A stretch of DNA of 64,000 bases from Lama guanicoe (taxonomy: Eukaryota). Below the pieces are notes generated by a model that was given only the letters and a program-made list of their open reading frames with translations, was not told the DNA's origin and ran no database searches. The position numbers were made by a program, and so were the translations under genes. The first letter of the stretch is position 1; every line of letters begins with the position of its first letter. The stretch spans positions 2,552,508 through 2,616,507 of the forward strand of contig MU053588.1 of NCBI GenBank assembly GCA_013239625.1, written 5' to 3'. Positions 11,122-28,800 of the stretch are shown here, piece after piece.

Positions 11122-13448
11122 GTAAGCTTGCTTCTCCTCTCCTCCATCCCAGAAAAGACTTTCTCCATTGCTGTAGCATGAAAGAGGGAGAGTTCTCCCA
11201 TTCTTGGTGTCCCTAAGGGTCCTTGACCCTGCTAGTGACAGCAGATGGCATGGAAACTGCACAGTCCAGGACCTGGGGTGAAGTTGTCCAGCTTTCACCG
11301 TTTCCATACGCCATCGCTAGTTTAAATTGCACCTTTGTTCCTCATTTCCATTTCAAGCTCAACCCCAATCTTAGCCCAGTCTTTACTTTAATATCAACCT
11401 TTTACCCACCTTCCATCTCAGTTGACAAGTCAAATGATCCAGAACCAGTCTTGACTGTCCACCTAAACCTCAACCCAATCCTCATTGTAAATTTCCCTCA
11501 TCAATCCCATCCTAATCCAATTGATCAAAATGAACATATATTCCCTCCTAACCCCTGCCTCTATCTTTTACCCCCAATACTGCCCAATTTGGCCAGTCTC
11601 CAATACCTATTTTCCATCTAAATCCTGGAAACCCACATCCAATCTCCACATCCAAACTGAACCCAAACCCAAATTCAACCTTAATGCCAATGTACCAAAC
11701 CTATCCCCAACCTCATTCTCACTTGAAACATACAAGCCAAATGGGAAGAGTGAAATCAGCATGGACTCAAGAAGAAAATCCAGACCTTTCATTAATTAGC
11801 CTAGAATGACAGACACAGAGAAAGCCAGCCACTAAGTTAGTAAGAAGCATTGTTTCTCCCAGCGTTGTGCAGTAGTTCTAAAATACCATAAGGACTCCCT
11901 CTTTTGAATGCCTACTGATTTTTTTTAACCAATGACCCCCCCCCCAAACTACTTTTTTCTTTTAAAGAAACCATCTATTGCTGGAAATACCGGCAATAGA
12001 TGTTGTTAAATCACCCACACCTCATGGCGGCACCCAATCCCTAGTTAATCCCCACTCCTCCTAATCCCTCTTTAGAAAGACCAATTAATCCAGAATTTAT
12101 CCCCACTTACCTGAGACTCCCCTCAGGATTCTTCAGCAGGAATCCCGATCTTACACAGGGCACTTCTCCCATCCCAAGTGATGACAGGCTCATGTTCCTC
12201 TGAGGGATGTGATCAGTAATTCCTCTGTAATGGTTCCTCTGTGGTCTCTTTCCTCTACATGTGAAGTCAATTAACCTGATTTTGTCACACTACACTTTGT
12301 CCCTGGTGGGCTTTGGCTGATTAGGTTTTAATTCCTCCACCCAGCCCTGTTATATTACTACCCTTGCTGACCCAGCAGCATTCTGATCACCAACTACCAT
12401 GCAACCCACGAATCTCATGCTTGATCTAACTTAATCACATTGCTTCAATCCCTTGCCAACCACATTACTAAACCAAACAGTGCCCTTATCAACTCCACTG
12501 TAAGTAAATGCCATCCATATCCATCTCAAACCCTAACTCTCACCCTTACTGACAATTCAACAGCTAGTCCTAGTTGGATTTGAGAAATCAACTGTTACTG
12601 TGGTTTTCAAACTTTTACAGCATAGGCCTTTTATTCAATATATTATATTGAAGTTTAATATGAGACTGAAAAAAGAGAGGTGCCTGACATTGTGAGTGAT
12701 CTGGGGACCTGCCTCTTAGTCTTGCTTTCTCAATCCTGCAGAATCTTAAGAGGAGCCCATGCCTCTGGATGGGTTACAAATGTCTTACTTGCATCAGAGA
12801 TATCTGGGGGCAAAAACCTTTCTATTAATGTCAAGGTCACTTCCCCACCTTCATTTATTCCTTCTGGCTTGAGCTTATGACTACAACTGTCCACATATAT
12901 TGAAAGAGGAGAGGAAGAAGGGAGATAGTTCACCTTATTAAATTGGGACAGTAAAACATCTGAGAACATACATAATGTATTGTTAAAAATAGCCACCATC
13001 CGAGTATTCCATACATAGCACAAAGAAAACAGCCTGAAGTCTGCCACTTACTACTAGCTGTGTACTCTTGGCAGGTATCCTTCCCATTTCGATCCTCTGT
13101 TTGCTATTCCAAGACTGAAGATTCAATGAGATAATGTACTTTGAGACCAGCCTTCAAAGATAATTGGACCTTGCTCTCTCAGCTCCCAGTCTAGTGGGGG
13201 GGGAGGGGGGATAGCTCTGTCACCAGGCAGTGACATGCTGAACTCAGGTTGTGATGGGAAAACCCTGGAAACTGTGGGAGCCCAGAGAAGAAGCCTGGTC
13301 TGGCTTGGAGGTCAGGGAAGGCTTCCTAGTGTAAAGGATGTTTACGTTCTGTGTTTCTCCAAGCAGGTGTCAGAAAAGGGAGACTCACAGGGCAGTGGCT
13401 TCCAGAAACGGATGCCAACTGCGCTAGCTCCCCCAGGCTTTTCCCTAG

Positions 13449-13596
13449 GCACTACTTTTTCCAATGGCAACAGGCAGAAAGTCTGAAGAAACTTTGGTAA
13501 ATAGGTCCCAAATAATGTTAGGATGGGGAAACAGCCTCATGGAGCAAATCGTGGAAGAAGTCAGCTTCCTGATGGTAGAACTAAGGAAAGCTGAAG
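13449..13596 (+). pseudogene. Decayed CYP2 (CYP2F-like) exon 3
   Basis: ccctag|GTTFSNGNRQKV*RNFGK*VPNNVRMGK (2-nt deletion) SLMEQIVEEVSFLMVELRKAEG|ggcag. 148 nt versus 150; two stops; donor GT lost. Resembles CYP2[52 protein letters not shown]. Confidence 0.85.
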
Positions 13597-14940
13597 GGCA
13601 GCCCTGGTCCTGGTTCTTGGATATTTTATTTTTTCTTTCAGAGCTACTTTGCTTGAGAATGCAGGTTATGCAGTGCACCATGTCTGGAGACTTCATTCAC
13701 TTAGACTTATGTGAATAGCTTATCCTGGACTGTTGCAGGTAGGTACCCTAGTTTGTGATGCCGCGTGCCCTTGATGTGTGATGGCAAGATATGCTCGATG
13801 CAATAGCATTTGTCATCTGGTCCTCTTATCTGTCAGTATGGTATTTGGAGTCTAGCATATGTAACTGTGAATGAGATGATGATGAGGATACTTTTGAACA
13901 CTTGCCATGTGTCGAGTCCTATGCTAACCACTTTGTCACACATCAGTTCACATAAGCCTCACAATCATCAGTTTTGCAAATAAGGAAACTGGAGCACAAA
14001 GAGATCAAATAACCAAATAACTGAAATCATAATGTCACTTGATGAAGAGATCAGGATCCAAGCCCAAGTTGAGCTGGTACTAGAGTTCACACTCAACCAG
14101 TGTAGTACACTTCTAAGATATTGTCTTCACAACAACACCTGTTTTTACCTGAGTGCTTGCTGTATGTCACTGTGCCAAACAATTTACACATGTTAAATCA
14201 TTTCATCCTCACAATAACCACATAGGATAATAATAACCAATAACCACAATAACCAATGGAGGACACGGAGGCCCAGGAGGTTAAGTTACTACCCCAAGAT
14301 CACACAGTCAGGAAGTGGTGGGGATAGGATTCAAAACCAAGTCAAAATGTGTGCTCATCCACACTATGTTGGGAGCTAATACAAGGAAAGCATTAAGCAC
14401 TCATTTAAATAATGTTTATTGAATTTCTGTTTTGGTCAAGTAGCAAAAATGGGATTTTACCTCCATGTGAAATGACTTAAAAATGAACAAAATATATGAA
14501 ATATTGGGAGCCCAAAGGCAGCCCAAGAGTTGGTCTGAGTTGAGGAAGCAGAGCTGAGAGTTCAGGAAGGCCAAGGTGTCTATATTTATTAGCGAAGTCT
14601 CCTGGTGAGAAGAGAGCTGCAAAAACTGAGACCTCCAAACATCTTCAGAGGTCCAGCTGAGACTGCTCAGCACATGTTTATGTGCTGAAGCCAGGAACCA
14701 CGTGAAAGAAGCAGAAGGAATAATCCTCATAGCTCACTCAGGCTGGAGAGAGTTCATGTTTCCTCCATCCAGGTGGAAAACATTATAGTATGGGACATTA
14801 AGTAGCATACTCTGAAAGGTATTGCTTCAGTAGCTGTTAGCAATTATCCCTAGATTACAAGATACTCTAATTCCTTCTAACAAAGCCTAAAGCAAGCCTC
14901 AAAAGGAAAAATGGTTTCCATGTAATTTAACCATATCCCA

Positions 14941-15176
14941 AATTGGGAGTTTGAGATTTGCAGATGCTAGCTACTATATATAAAAGAGATAAACAACAAG
15001 TTTCTATCATATGGCACAGAGAACTATATTCAATATCTTGTAGTAACCTATAATGAAAAGGAATATGAAAAGGAATACATGTATGTACATGTATGACTAA
15101 AACATTATGCTGTACACCAGAAATTGACACAACATTGTAAACTGACTATACTTCAATAAAAGTAAAATAAAGTAAA
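14941..15176 (+). mobile_element. 5'-truncated cetartiodactyl-type L1 3' end
   Basis: gggagtttgagatttgcaga...gctgtacaccagaaattgacacaacattgtaaactgactatacttcaataaa; TSD TAATTTAACCAT(A/G)TCCCA at 14923-14940 and 15177-15194. Confidence 0.85.
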
Positions 15177-15309
15177 TAATTTAACCATGTCCCATATTAG
15201 GGCTTAAGACTACTTGTAGAAACATAAATATATCCACCACCCAACAATGCCTGACATTGAATCAAAAATTACCAAACATTTAAGGAGACAGGAAGATATG
15301 ACTGAAGTA

Positions 15310-15602
15310 GTTATCACACCAAAAACTACTAAAGAGTTTAATAATATTTATCTCACAGTTCCTAAGAGTCAGAAATGTAGCAACATTCACTGTGTAGTTC
15401 AGGATCAGAGTCTTCCATGAAGTTACAGTCAAGAGGTTGGCCAGGGCTTCAAGTCATCTGAAAGCTTGACTGAGACTGGAGGATCTGCTTCAACCCCAAT
15501 CGTCTGGCTGCTAGCAGTAGCCTTCAGTTCCATTGCACATGGGCTTCTCCATAGAGCTGCTCACAATGTGGCAGGTGGCATTTTGTAGAGTGAGTGGTGT
15601 GC

Positions 15603-15650
<48 letters not shown>

Positions 15651-15830
15651 CCTGAGATGGAATTGAAAGTGCCTTTTATAACAATCTCTAAAATGACATA
15701 CCAGGATTTTTCTCTTATTCTATTGATCACACAGATCATCCTTGATACAATGTGGGGAGGGAGTACACAAAGTCATAAAAACCAGAAAGTGGGGACCATT
15801 GGGGATCATCTTAAGAGAGCTACCTATGAC
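15310..15830. mobile_element. Old MaLR LTR (MLT1-like) containing a (TG)n(GA)n microsatellite
   Basis: atttatctcacagttcc..agtcagaa..gggcttctccatagagctgctcacaatgtggcag..ggggaccattggggatcatcttaag pattern. Confidence 0.55.
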
Positions 15831-15839
15831 CCATAATGT

Positions 15840-16340
15840 TGAGAAAAGTCAATCAATCTAAAATGACTCAGAAATGACTCAAATGATAGATGTAGTAGAC
15901 AAGAACATTGAAACAGTCACCATAACTATATTCCATGATTTCAAGAAGATAAACGAATCCCTAGGCATGTTAAGGAGAGACATGGAAGATAGAAAAGTGA
16001 CCAAACTGAACTTCAACAGCTGAAAAATACAATGTCTGAAATAAAGGCTATAATAAAAGGGATTTACACCTGATTAGACACTGCAGAAAAAAAGATTAGG
16101 AAACTCAAAGATATAGTTATTGAAACCATAAAAATCAACACAGGGCAAAAACAGCATCAGCAAACTGTGATACAACTTCAAATAGCCTAATATCTGTGCA
16201 ATTAGAAGCCTCAAAATAAAGGAAAGGAGACAGAAAAGTTAAATGAAAAAAAGAATGAATAAAATAGTCCAGAACTGATAAAAACTAAAAACAATGTAAA
16301 TCCCAAGCACCAGACATATCAAGAAAACTACACCAAATTA
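15840..16340 (+). mobile_element. Old L1 ORF1-region remnant
   Basis: A-rich; agaaatgactcaaatgatag..gacaagaacattgaaacag..ttagacactgcagaaaaaaagattagg..aactcaaaga, typical of decayed L1M ORF1. Confidence 0.65.
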
Positions 16341-18200
16341 GAAACTAGGTTATGTTTCAATCTTCAAATAATTCCTGTGAGGAAGAGGGCAGATGAGAAA
16401 GTGAGGCCAGAGAGAGGCTCAAGAACGCCCAAGGAGTTTGCAGCAGAGCCTGGGCCAGAATCCAGGGCTCTTGTTCCCACCTCTGCCCCAGCACCATCTC
16501 TTTGCTGGGTTGAGTGATTAGCCCTTACAGAGCAACAAAGCTGAGAGTGTCCTATATGGACAGCTGTGATCGAGGTATTGGTGGCTAGAGTGTGACTTCT
16601 CTTGGCACCTTTGGTAATGCCTTGGTGGACTCTCCCCCTTTCAGGTGTAAATTTGAGGATTCTGGAGATTAATACTTGTTCTCTCTTCTCTCTCTTCCTT
16701 CCTGGGCAAAGACCGACTAGCCACTCTATCTGCCCCTGGAGATGTGCCTCATTGGCAGAACCCAGTTAGCTCCAGCCCCTCCCTTCCTTTATCAGAAGGA
16801 ACTTTCAGCTTGGAAAACTGATGCTTGCCACCAGAGGGACTGGGAATGCCGTTCTCAAGGATGCATGCAGGGAGAATCTCTGATGCTTAAAGTCTGAGCA
16901 TCAAGAGTTCCAACCATCAGTAAATTCAAATACTCTGAGTATAAAGCTCTAGGAATCCGAGATTCCAAGATTATGAATTGTGGACTCTGCAGTTCCAAGA
17001 TTTGGCCATTTAGTTAGACCACAATTCTAAGATTCCCCTAGTTGAGGTTTCTAGAAGCCTCTTCAAGGGACATGCACATAGATGGATAAGGTTTAATTCT
17101 GACACTGGATTGTTAAATAGTGTGTTTGTAATAATAAAGAGTGTGACCTCATGGATCCTTGTTCCCCTCCAATAAGCTGAAAGCAGCCAATTCATGGATC
17201 CCAAGTTACCAAACGCAGATAATGGCAATTCAGAAACTTGAGCATCATAGCCTGTTATGAAACTTGTTGAGTTCAAAGGACCACTTGATCTCACTTGATC
17301 TCAATCACTGGCCCTTCAAGTGTGGCAAATTTTGTGGATCTAAATCTAGATCTAACACAAAGATCTAAAGCTGATGTGTATGAATGTTCAGACTGGGCAA
17401 TGCTGAAGGATACCACTGTGAAGGGAACCTCCACTAACTTATTTGAGAGTCAGCAGGTGATTCGGAGACTCTCAGCTGGATCTTACCGCAGATCCCAGAT
17501 CCGTCAGAGAGATCCTCACCTTCCGAAACTCATAGGAAATACGAGTTCATGTATATATACTCATGAGATTATGCAATCATATACTTGCATGCTTGCGGGC
17601 GCGCGCACACACACACACACACACACGGCTGTGCTGTGACCAAACTTCTCTCAGCATTCCCAGAAAGTGTTTCTCTCCCCCACCCGTTTCATTAAGATGC
17701 CATCTCCTGTCCCTGGGTCTGACTCTGATTGGACACAGTGGCCTTATCTGTTGGTGGGCACAAAATATGCCCTGGCATTCAAAGTGTGCCCGTGTGGGTA
17801 AGGTGTGGGCAAGTGTATAGAGAAGTTAGTGAAACCAGGTCGGCTGCCTATCAGGGCTCTGCAACAGTGCCCTGGACAGAGCTGTTCAGGTTGTGTAATA
17901 TCATCAGTTTTTTTTTTCCACTGGAGGAAGGGGTGCCTTTTAGGAATCGACCCAAAGTACTGTGGGCTAAGTACAGCCATCCCTGCACAAATCTAGGTTC
18001 ACGTACATGCTGAGTATTTACTTGTGTTCTGCGGGACCTCAGATAGAGACTTAAAACACTTTCTGAGCCTCATCTTTGTCACCTGTAAAATGAGTGTGAC
18101 CACTGTTCCCCGTCACATAGGTTCGTGAGCATTAAGGGAGATGAACGTATGACGCTTTTAGCATAGAGCTGACACAGAGTATTGGCTCAATAAATAATAC

Positions 18201-18206
18201 TTTATT
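18201..18206 (-). terminator. CYP2A polyadenylation signal AATAAA
   Basis: tttatt on the + strand, about 270 nt downstream of the stop, after a G-rich 3'UTR. Confidence 0.75.
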
Positions 18207-18472
18207 CTTCTTCAAAGTATAGTATAAGGTCTCTCTCATCCCACCTCTGAGGGCTCTGTCTCTAGCAAGGTGAACAGACAGAGCCTGTTCTGCTTCTTCC
18301 TCTTCCATCCACCTTGCTCCTTCCCTTCCCCTACAGTCCTCATCACCTATATTTAGCCCCGCCCCGTCCCTCCCACAGCCCCGCCCTCCCTAACCCTCCC
18401 TAGCCCTGCCCTCCATAGCCCCACCCCTCCTATTTGCTCCTCCCACCAGCCCTGTCCAGGCACAGCCCAGGC

Positions 18473-24619
<6,147 letters not shown>

Positions 24620-24667
24620 GGTGGCACTGAGACTGACAGTCAGATGGTGATGTCTGGGATTGTTTGC

Positions 24668-24780
24668 TTTTATACTACCAGGAAAGAAGGGCAGACTTTG
24701 ATCCTTATTATGTAATTGTCTCACGTCACCTCCCAACTACACCCTCCACTAGGCTCCCCACCTAGCTTGGGACACAGCCA
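24668..24780 (-). promoter_or_regulatory. CYP2A proximal promoter: TATA box, HNF4-type site, C/EBP/PAR-bZIP site, NFI (NPTA-like) element
   Basis: On the minus strand: TATAAAA 24668-24674; GGATCAAAGTCTG about 24692-24704; ATTACATAA about 24708-24716; TGGCTGTGTCCCAA 24767-24780. This is the same order as in the human CYP2A6/2A13 promoter as I recall it. Confidence 0.75.
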
Positions 24781-25816
24781 GCAAGGAAGGAGGAGATTAA
24801 CAGAATGTGAACCTCAAGACGGAATTTGTGGTCAGGAAGGGCCATCCCCCTGGGCTGTGGACTTTGGGGGGCAGTAGAACTGAAGATTTTGGAATATTTG
24901 CATGGGGGAGCCCCAAGGCTTTGGATTTGGGGTCTCAGAGTGAGAAGGGACCCCATAATTGTAGATTTGGGAGTCTTGGGAAAGAAGAATTCAAAGATCT
25001 GGATTTCAGGATATTGGAATGAAAATAAAACCAAAAGAAAAAAGAAAAAGAAAGGATATTGGAATGAGACAAGATGTACAGCTGTGGATTTGGGGGTCTT
25101 TTGGTGAGAAAGGGTGGATATGTTTAAGGGTCTTGGGGCGAGGGGAAATTCCAGGGAATGGATTTGAGGGTCTTGAGGTGAGGAAGAACCCCGGGCTGTG
25201 GATCAGGGTTCATGGGAGGAGGGTCCAGCTGGATCATGGAGTCAGCACCTGATGCCAGGTGTTGACTTGCTTTAATTTTAGACGCGGGGCTGCCTCTTAA
25301 TGCCCAGAATCCTTACTGGAGCCTCAAAGCGAGGTCAGGATGGGTGTCACAGAACTGCCTGTCTTTGGTTGAAAACCAGAGCTACATTTCAGTAGAACTT
25401 TCCACAGAACTGGAGGAGAGTAACTCATGGTCTCAGTTGGCAGAGGCACTGGCTGGGGCTTAGGAAATAGTAATGACCACAAATATGATCCCCAGAAAAT
25501 CCCAATTGTCACAAGGGTCAGAATTCACAGAGGGCTCCATTGGGTCCCTACCCTGATCCTTAGGGAAGCCCGCTAGGGTTGATTGTATCATTTCCAGTAT
25601 TATTGTTATTATTATGATTAATATGACTGATGTTTCCCATTACATATATGGGTATCCTGGGGACTGGAAACAGAGTGGGCATGTGGGACCTCTGTCTCTC
25701 CTGCTCTGCTCTCATTTCTCCTTCCTGGGACTGGGTTTCCCCCCAGTGGAAAGGGAGTATTTGGGAAGAGAACATTGTATTTGAGGGTGTGTGAAATCCC
25801 CTTTAGGGGTGATTCA

Positions 25817-25826
25817 TGCTTTGTCA
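25817..25826 (-). promoter_or_regulatory. Antioxidant response element (NRF2/MAF) upstream of CYP2A
   Basis: TGACAAAGCA (matches TGACnnnGCA), about 1.2 kb upstream of the ATG. Confidence 0.55.
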
Positions 25827-28800
25827 GGGCTGCTGTTGACAGGCAGAGGGAACTCCAGCATCAGGAAGAGAGAAGGGCCCTGAGATGCTGAAAAGTGGGA
25901 GCAGAGAAAAGAGGAGTCCTTCCTGCTATCCTCCCTTCACCGACACGCTTCCTTAATGATGACGGTTACCCTTGGCAAGCACTAACTGTGACAATTAAGG
26001 GTATGGCTGCATGATCTTATTGAATCCTTATAACAGTGGGACTGGTTCATTATCAGCTTCATTTTGCAGTTGAGAAAACCGAGGTGCTATAAAGCCACTT
26101 GCTGGGGGTCACATAGGTATTAAGTGAGGGAGCTGGGATTTTGAACCCTCCTTCCCTCTTCTTCCATTGACTGGCCCAGCCCATCCTGGGGGCCAAGTGG
26201 AGGTCAAGCTGATTAGTGGGTAGATGCTGAGATTGGTATCAGCATTGGACACAGGGATTGCATTAGCATGTCCTACTGTCATGTTGGCATCACGCTTGCC
26301 CTCAGGGTAGACACTAGAATTGAAAATAAGTTGACACTGAACTTGATACCAGGAAAACAGTCATAGAACCACCTCTGGTGTCAAGAGGGCTCTAAGAGTA
26401 GGCACAGGTGGCCATTGGCACTGCCTTCAGGAGGGCATGAGGGTGGCACTCATATAGGCTCTAAGGTTGGTCCCAGCAGCCTCTGACATGAGCCCCGTGT
26501 GGGTGCTGAGACTGGTCCTAGGTGGGCCTGAGGGGCGCTCCAGATGGGCACTGTGCAGGCTCCGACAGTTGGACAGCCCTGCTCAGGTGTCACCTCTAAA
26601 CTTGGATGAGGCCAGGTGAGTGAGGTTGGCACTCCCAGGGCTGGCATCTTGCTCAAAGTTTTCCAGGCCGCTGAGCTCTGAGTCCTGTTGGGAGGGGACA
26701 AAGGGCAGAGAACAAAGCAGAGAGATAAAAGTTGTTTGTTGGTTTTGGAGCAGGAAGACAAGAGGAGGATTACTACAGGCTTGGCAGGTATCAGCTCCCC
26801 TAATCCTGATCAGCAGCTTGCATCTGGGCTGGCTGGAAGCCCGGCCCCTCCTCTTCCCGCTTCTTCCCCGACAGGGAGGGAGCTAGAAATTTCGGGAGTT
26901 TGTTTTTTAATGAGGTGGACAGCAGGAAGAGCATTGAGTGTTCAGACAGGTTGCTGGGAGCTGGGTAGGGAAGGGGATGAGGGGATAAGACCAGGAGAAG
27001 CACCTGGGACAGAGAGGTCAAGGGTATTTGGCTTTATTGATGATCCTGCAACATGGAACGAGAGGTCAGTGCCAGTCATCACATGCCTTATCTCCTAGGG
27101 GCAGAACACGTGCCAGCATATGGTGGCCTGGGTCTCGGCTTCTAGGGTATCCAGTGGTGAACCCAGGAAAATCCTTTTCCCTCTCTGGGGCTCAGTTTCC
27201 TTCTCTGGACAATGGAACAGTGGTTAGGAGCAAGATTAAGACATGGATTGGAATCCCTTACCCCTTTTTTGTTATGTGACCTTGAACAGGTAACCTCACC
27301 ACTCTGAACCATATGGGCCCAATGACAGTAGTCTGTTTTGGGGAGGAGTCAATAGGTTAATGCACATGAAGGCCATGGCAATATAAGCACTCAATAAATA
27401 TTAGCTGTTCTTATCATTAATCAGAGGGATGAAGGCAATGGATAAAAGTTTCTCTAAACATGGTATAAAGTTCCAAAATGTTTTCCTTTGGAAAAGGAGG
27501 AAGAGAGAAAACATTTTGGGGGAATGTCCCACCCCATTCTTTCCTCAGTACAGCCTGGCCTTACCCTCTACAGCTGTGCTTAAGAAATTGATATTCTAGG
27601 TGCCTCCTGCAGGGATGGTAGTTTAGGCAGTAACTGATGATGGGTGGGTCAGGATTAGATCCTCTGGAACCTGCCCATCCATCCCATTCTGTCTCTTTCC
27701 CCTCATCTCTGACTTTCTGTGTGTCTTGCCCTTCCTCCTTCCCTGCAAGTCAGCCAGCCCTTCAACCCTCTTGTGTGTTTCTAATCTCTTTATGTTTGCA
27801 CCATCTTGCCCAATGAGTTCTCCTAGATGCCTCTGTCTTGTTTCTCCTTATTTATACATCTGCATATGTGTGTCCTTCTGGCTGCATGTTTCATGTGTCT
27901 GTGCATGTGCATGTATGTTTCAGCAGGACGGTGTTGAATTCATGCATTTCTGTGGAGGGTGTGTCTGTACATAAGTGAGTATCCAGACCTGTGTATGGCT
28001 GTACGTGCACACCTGTGTGAGTACATGACGGAACGTGCATGTATACATTGCCAGTGCGCCCGAATGCATGCCAATTTCTGCGTCTGTCTGCAGATAACAT
28101 GAGTACGTGCTTTCGGGATATGTCTGCTGGGGGATATTTACATGTGTGTCTCTGGGTCCAACCTGATATGTGACTATGTATTCACACCTGTGTGTATGCG
28201 TGTACAACTCACGACTGTATATGAGTGAATGGGTGTTTTTGTGTATACTTTCTGGTATAGCATGTAGGCACATGAGCCATGTTGTAAACACTGGAATGTC
28301 TGAAATCTGCTGTGTTTGTATTCCAACAGCCCTGGCCCTGCCCCATTTCCCTTCTTAAAAAAAGCAAAAAGTTACCTTATTCTTCAGGGTATTACTTCTT
28401 TCAGTTTTCAAGGGTCATACTAAGTAGAAAAAGCCTCCATAGGACAGGTGTGTCCTGAGAGTATTCTGAGGTAGGTCACTCCCATTGGATCAGCTTCTCT
28501 GAAAATTCTTTTTCCCACGGTATTATCCCCAGGCTCCTAAGCCATTTAAAAGAGTCAGTGTTCACTGGACCCACTACTCCATGCCAGACTGTGCTGGGTG
28601 ATGCTGAGGACATGGAGGTGACCAAGACAGCCCTGGAACCTGCCCTCATGGAGCTGTCACTCTAGAGGGGAGACAGACCAGTCACCAGACAATGACAGTT
28701 TAGAATGGATGGTGCTGGGATGAGAGGGCACAGGCGGAGGGCTCAAGGCTAGCATAGGGGTCAGGGTCAAGATGAAGGGCACAGGCAGAGAGGTCAGGCC

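Noticed and set aside
17741..17780. LSVGGHKICPG resembling a P450 heme motif on the + strand
   Set aside because: CYP2 genes have an intron within this motif, there is no acceptor here, and the downstream sequence does not resemble ARMELFL; probably chance
27800..28320. TG/CA-rich region with Cys/Val/His-rich ORFs
   Set aside because: Low-complexity degenerate (TG)n sequence, not coding
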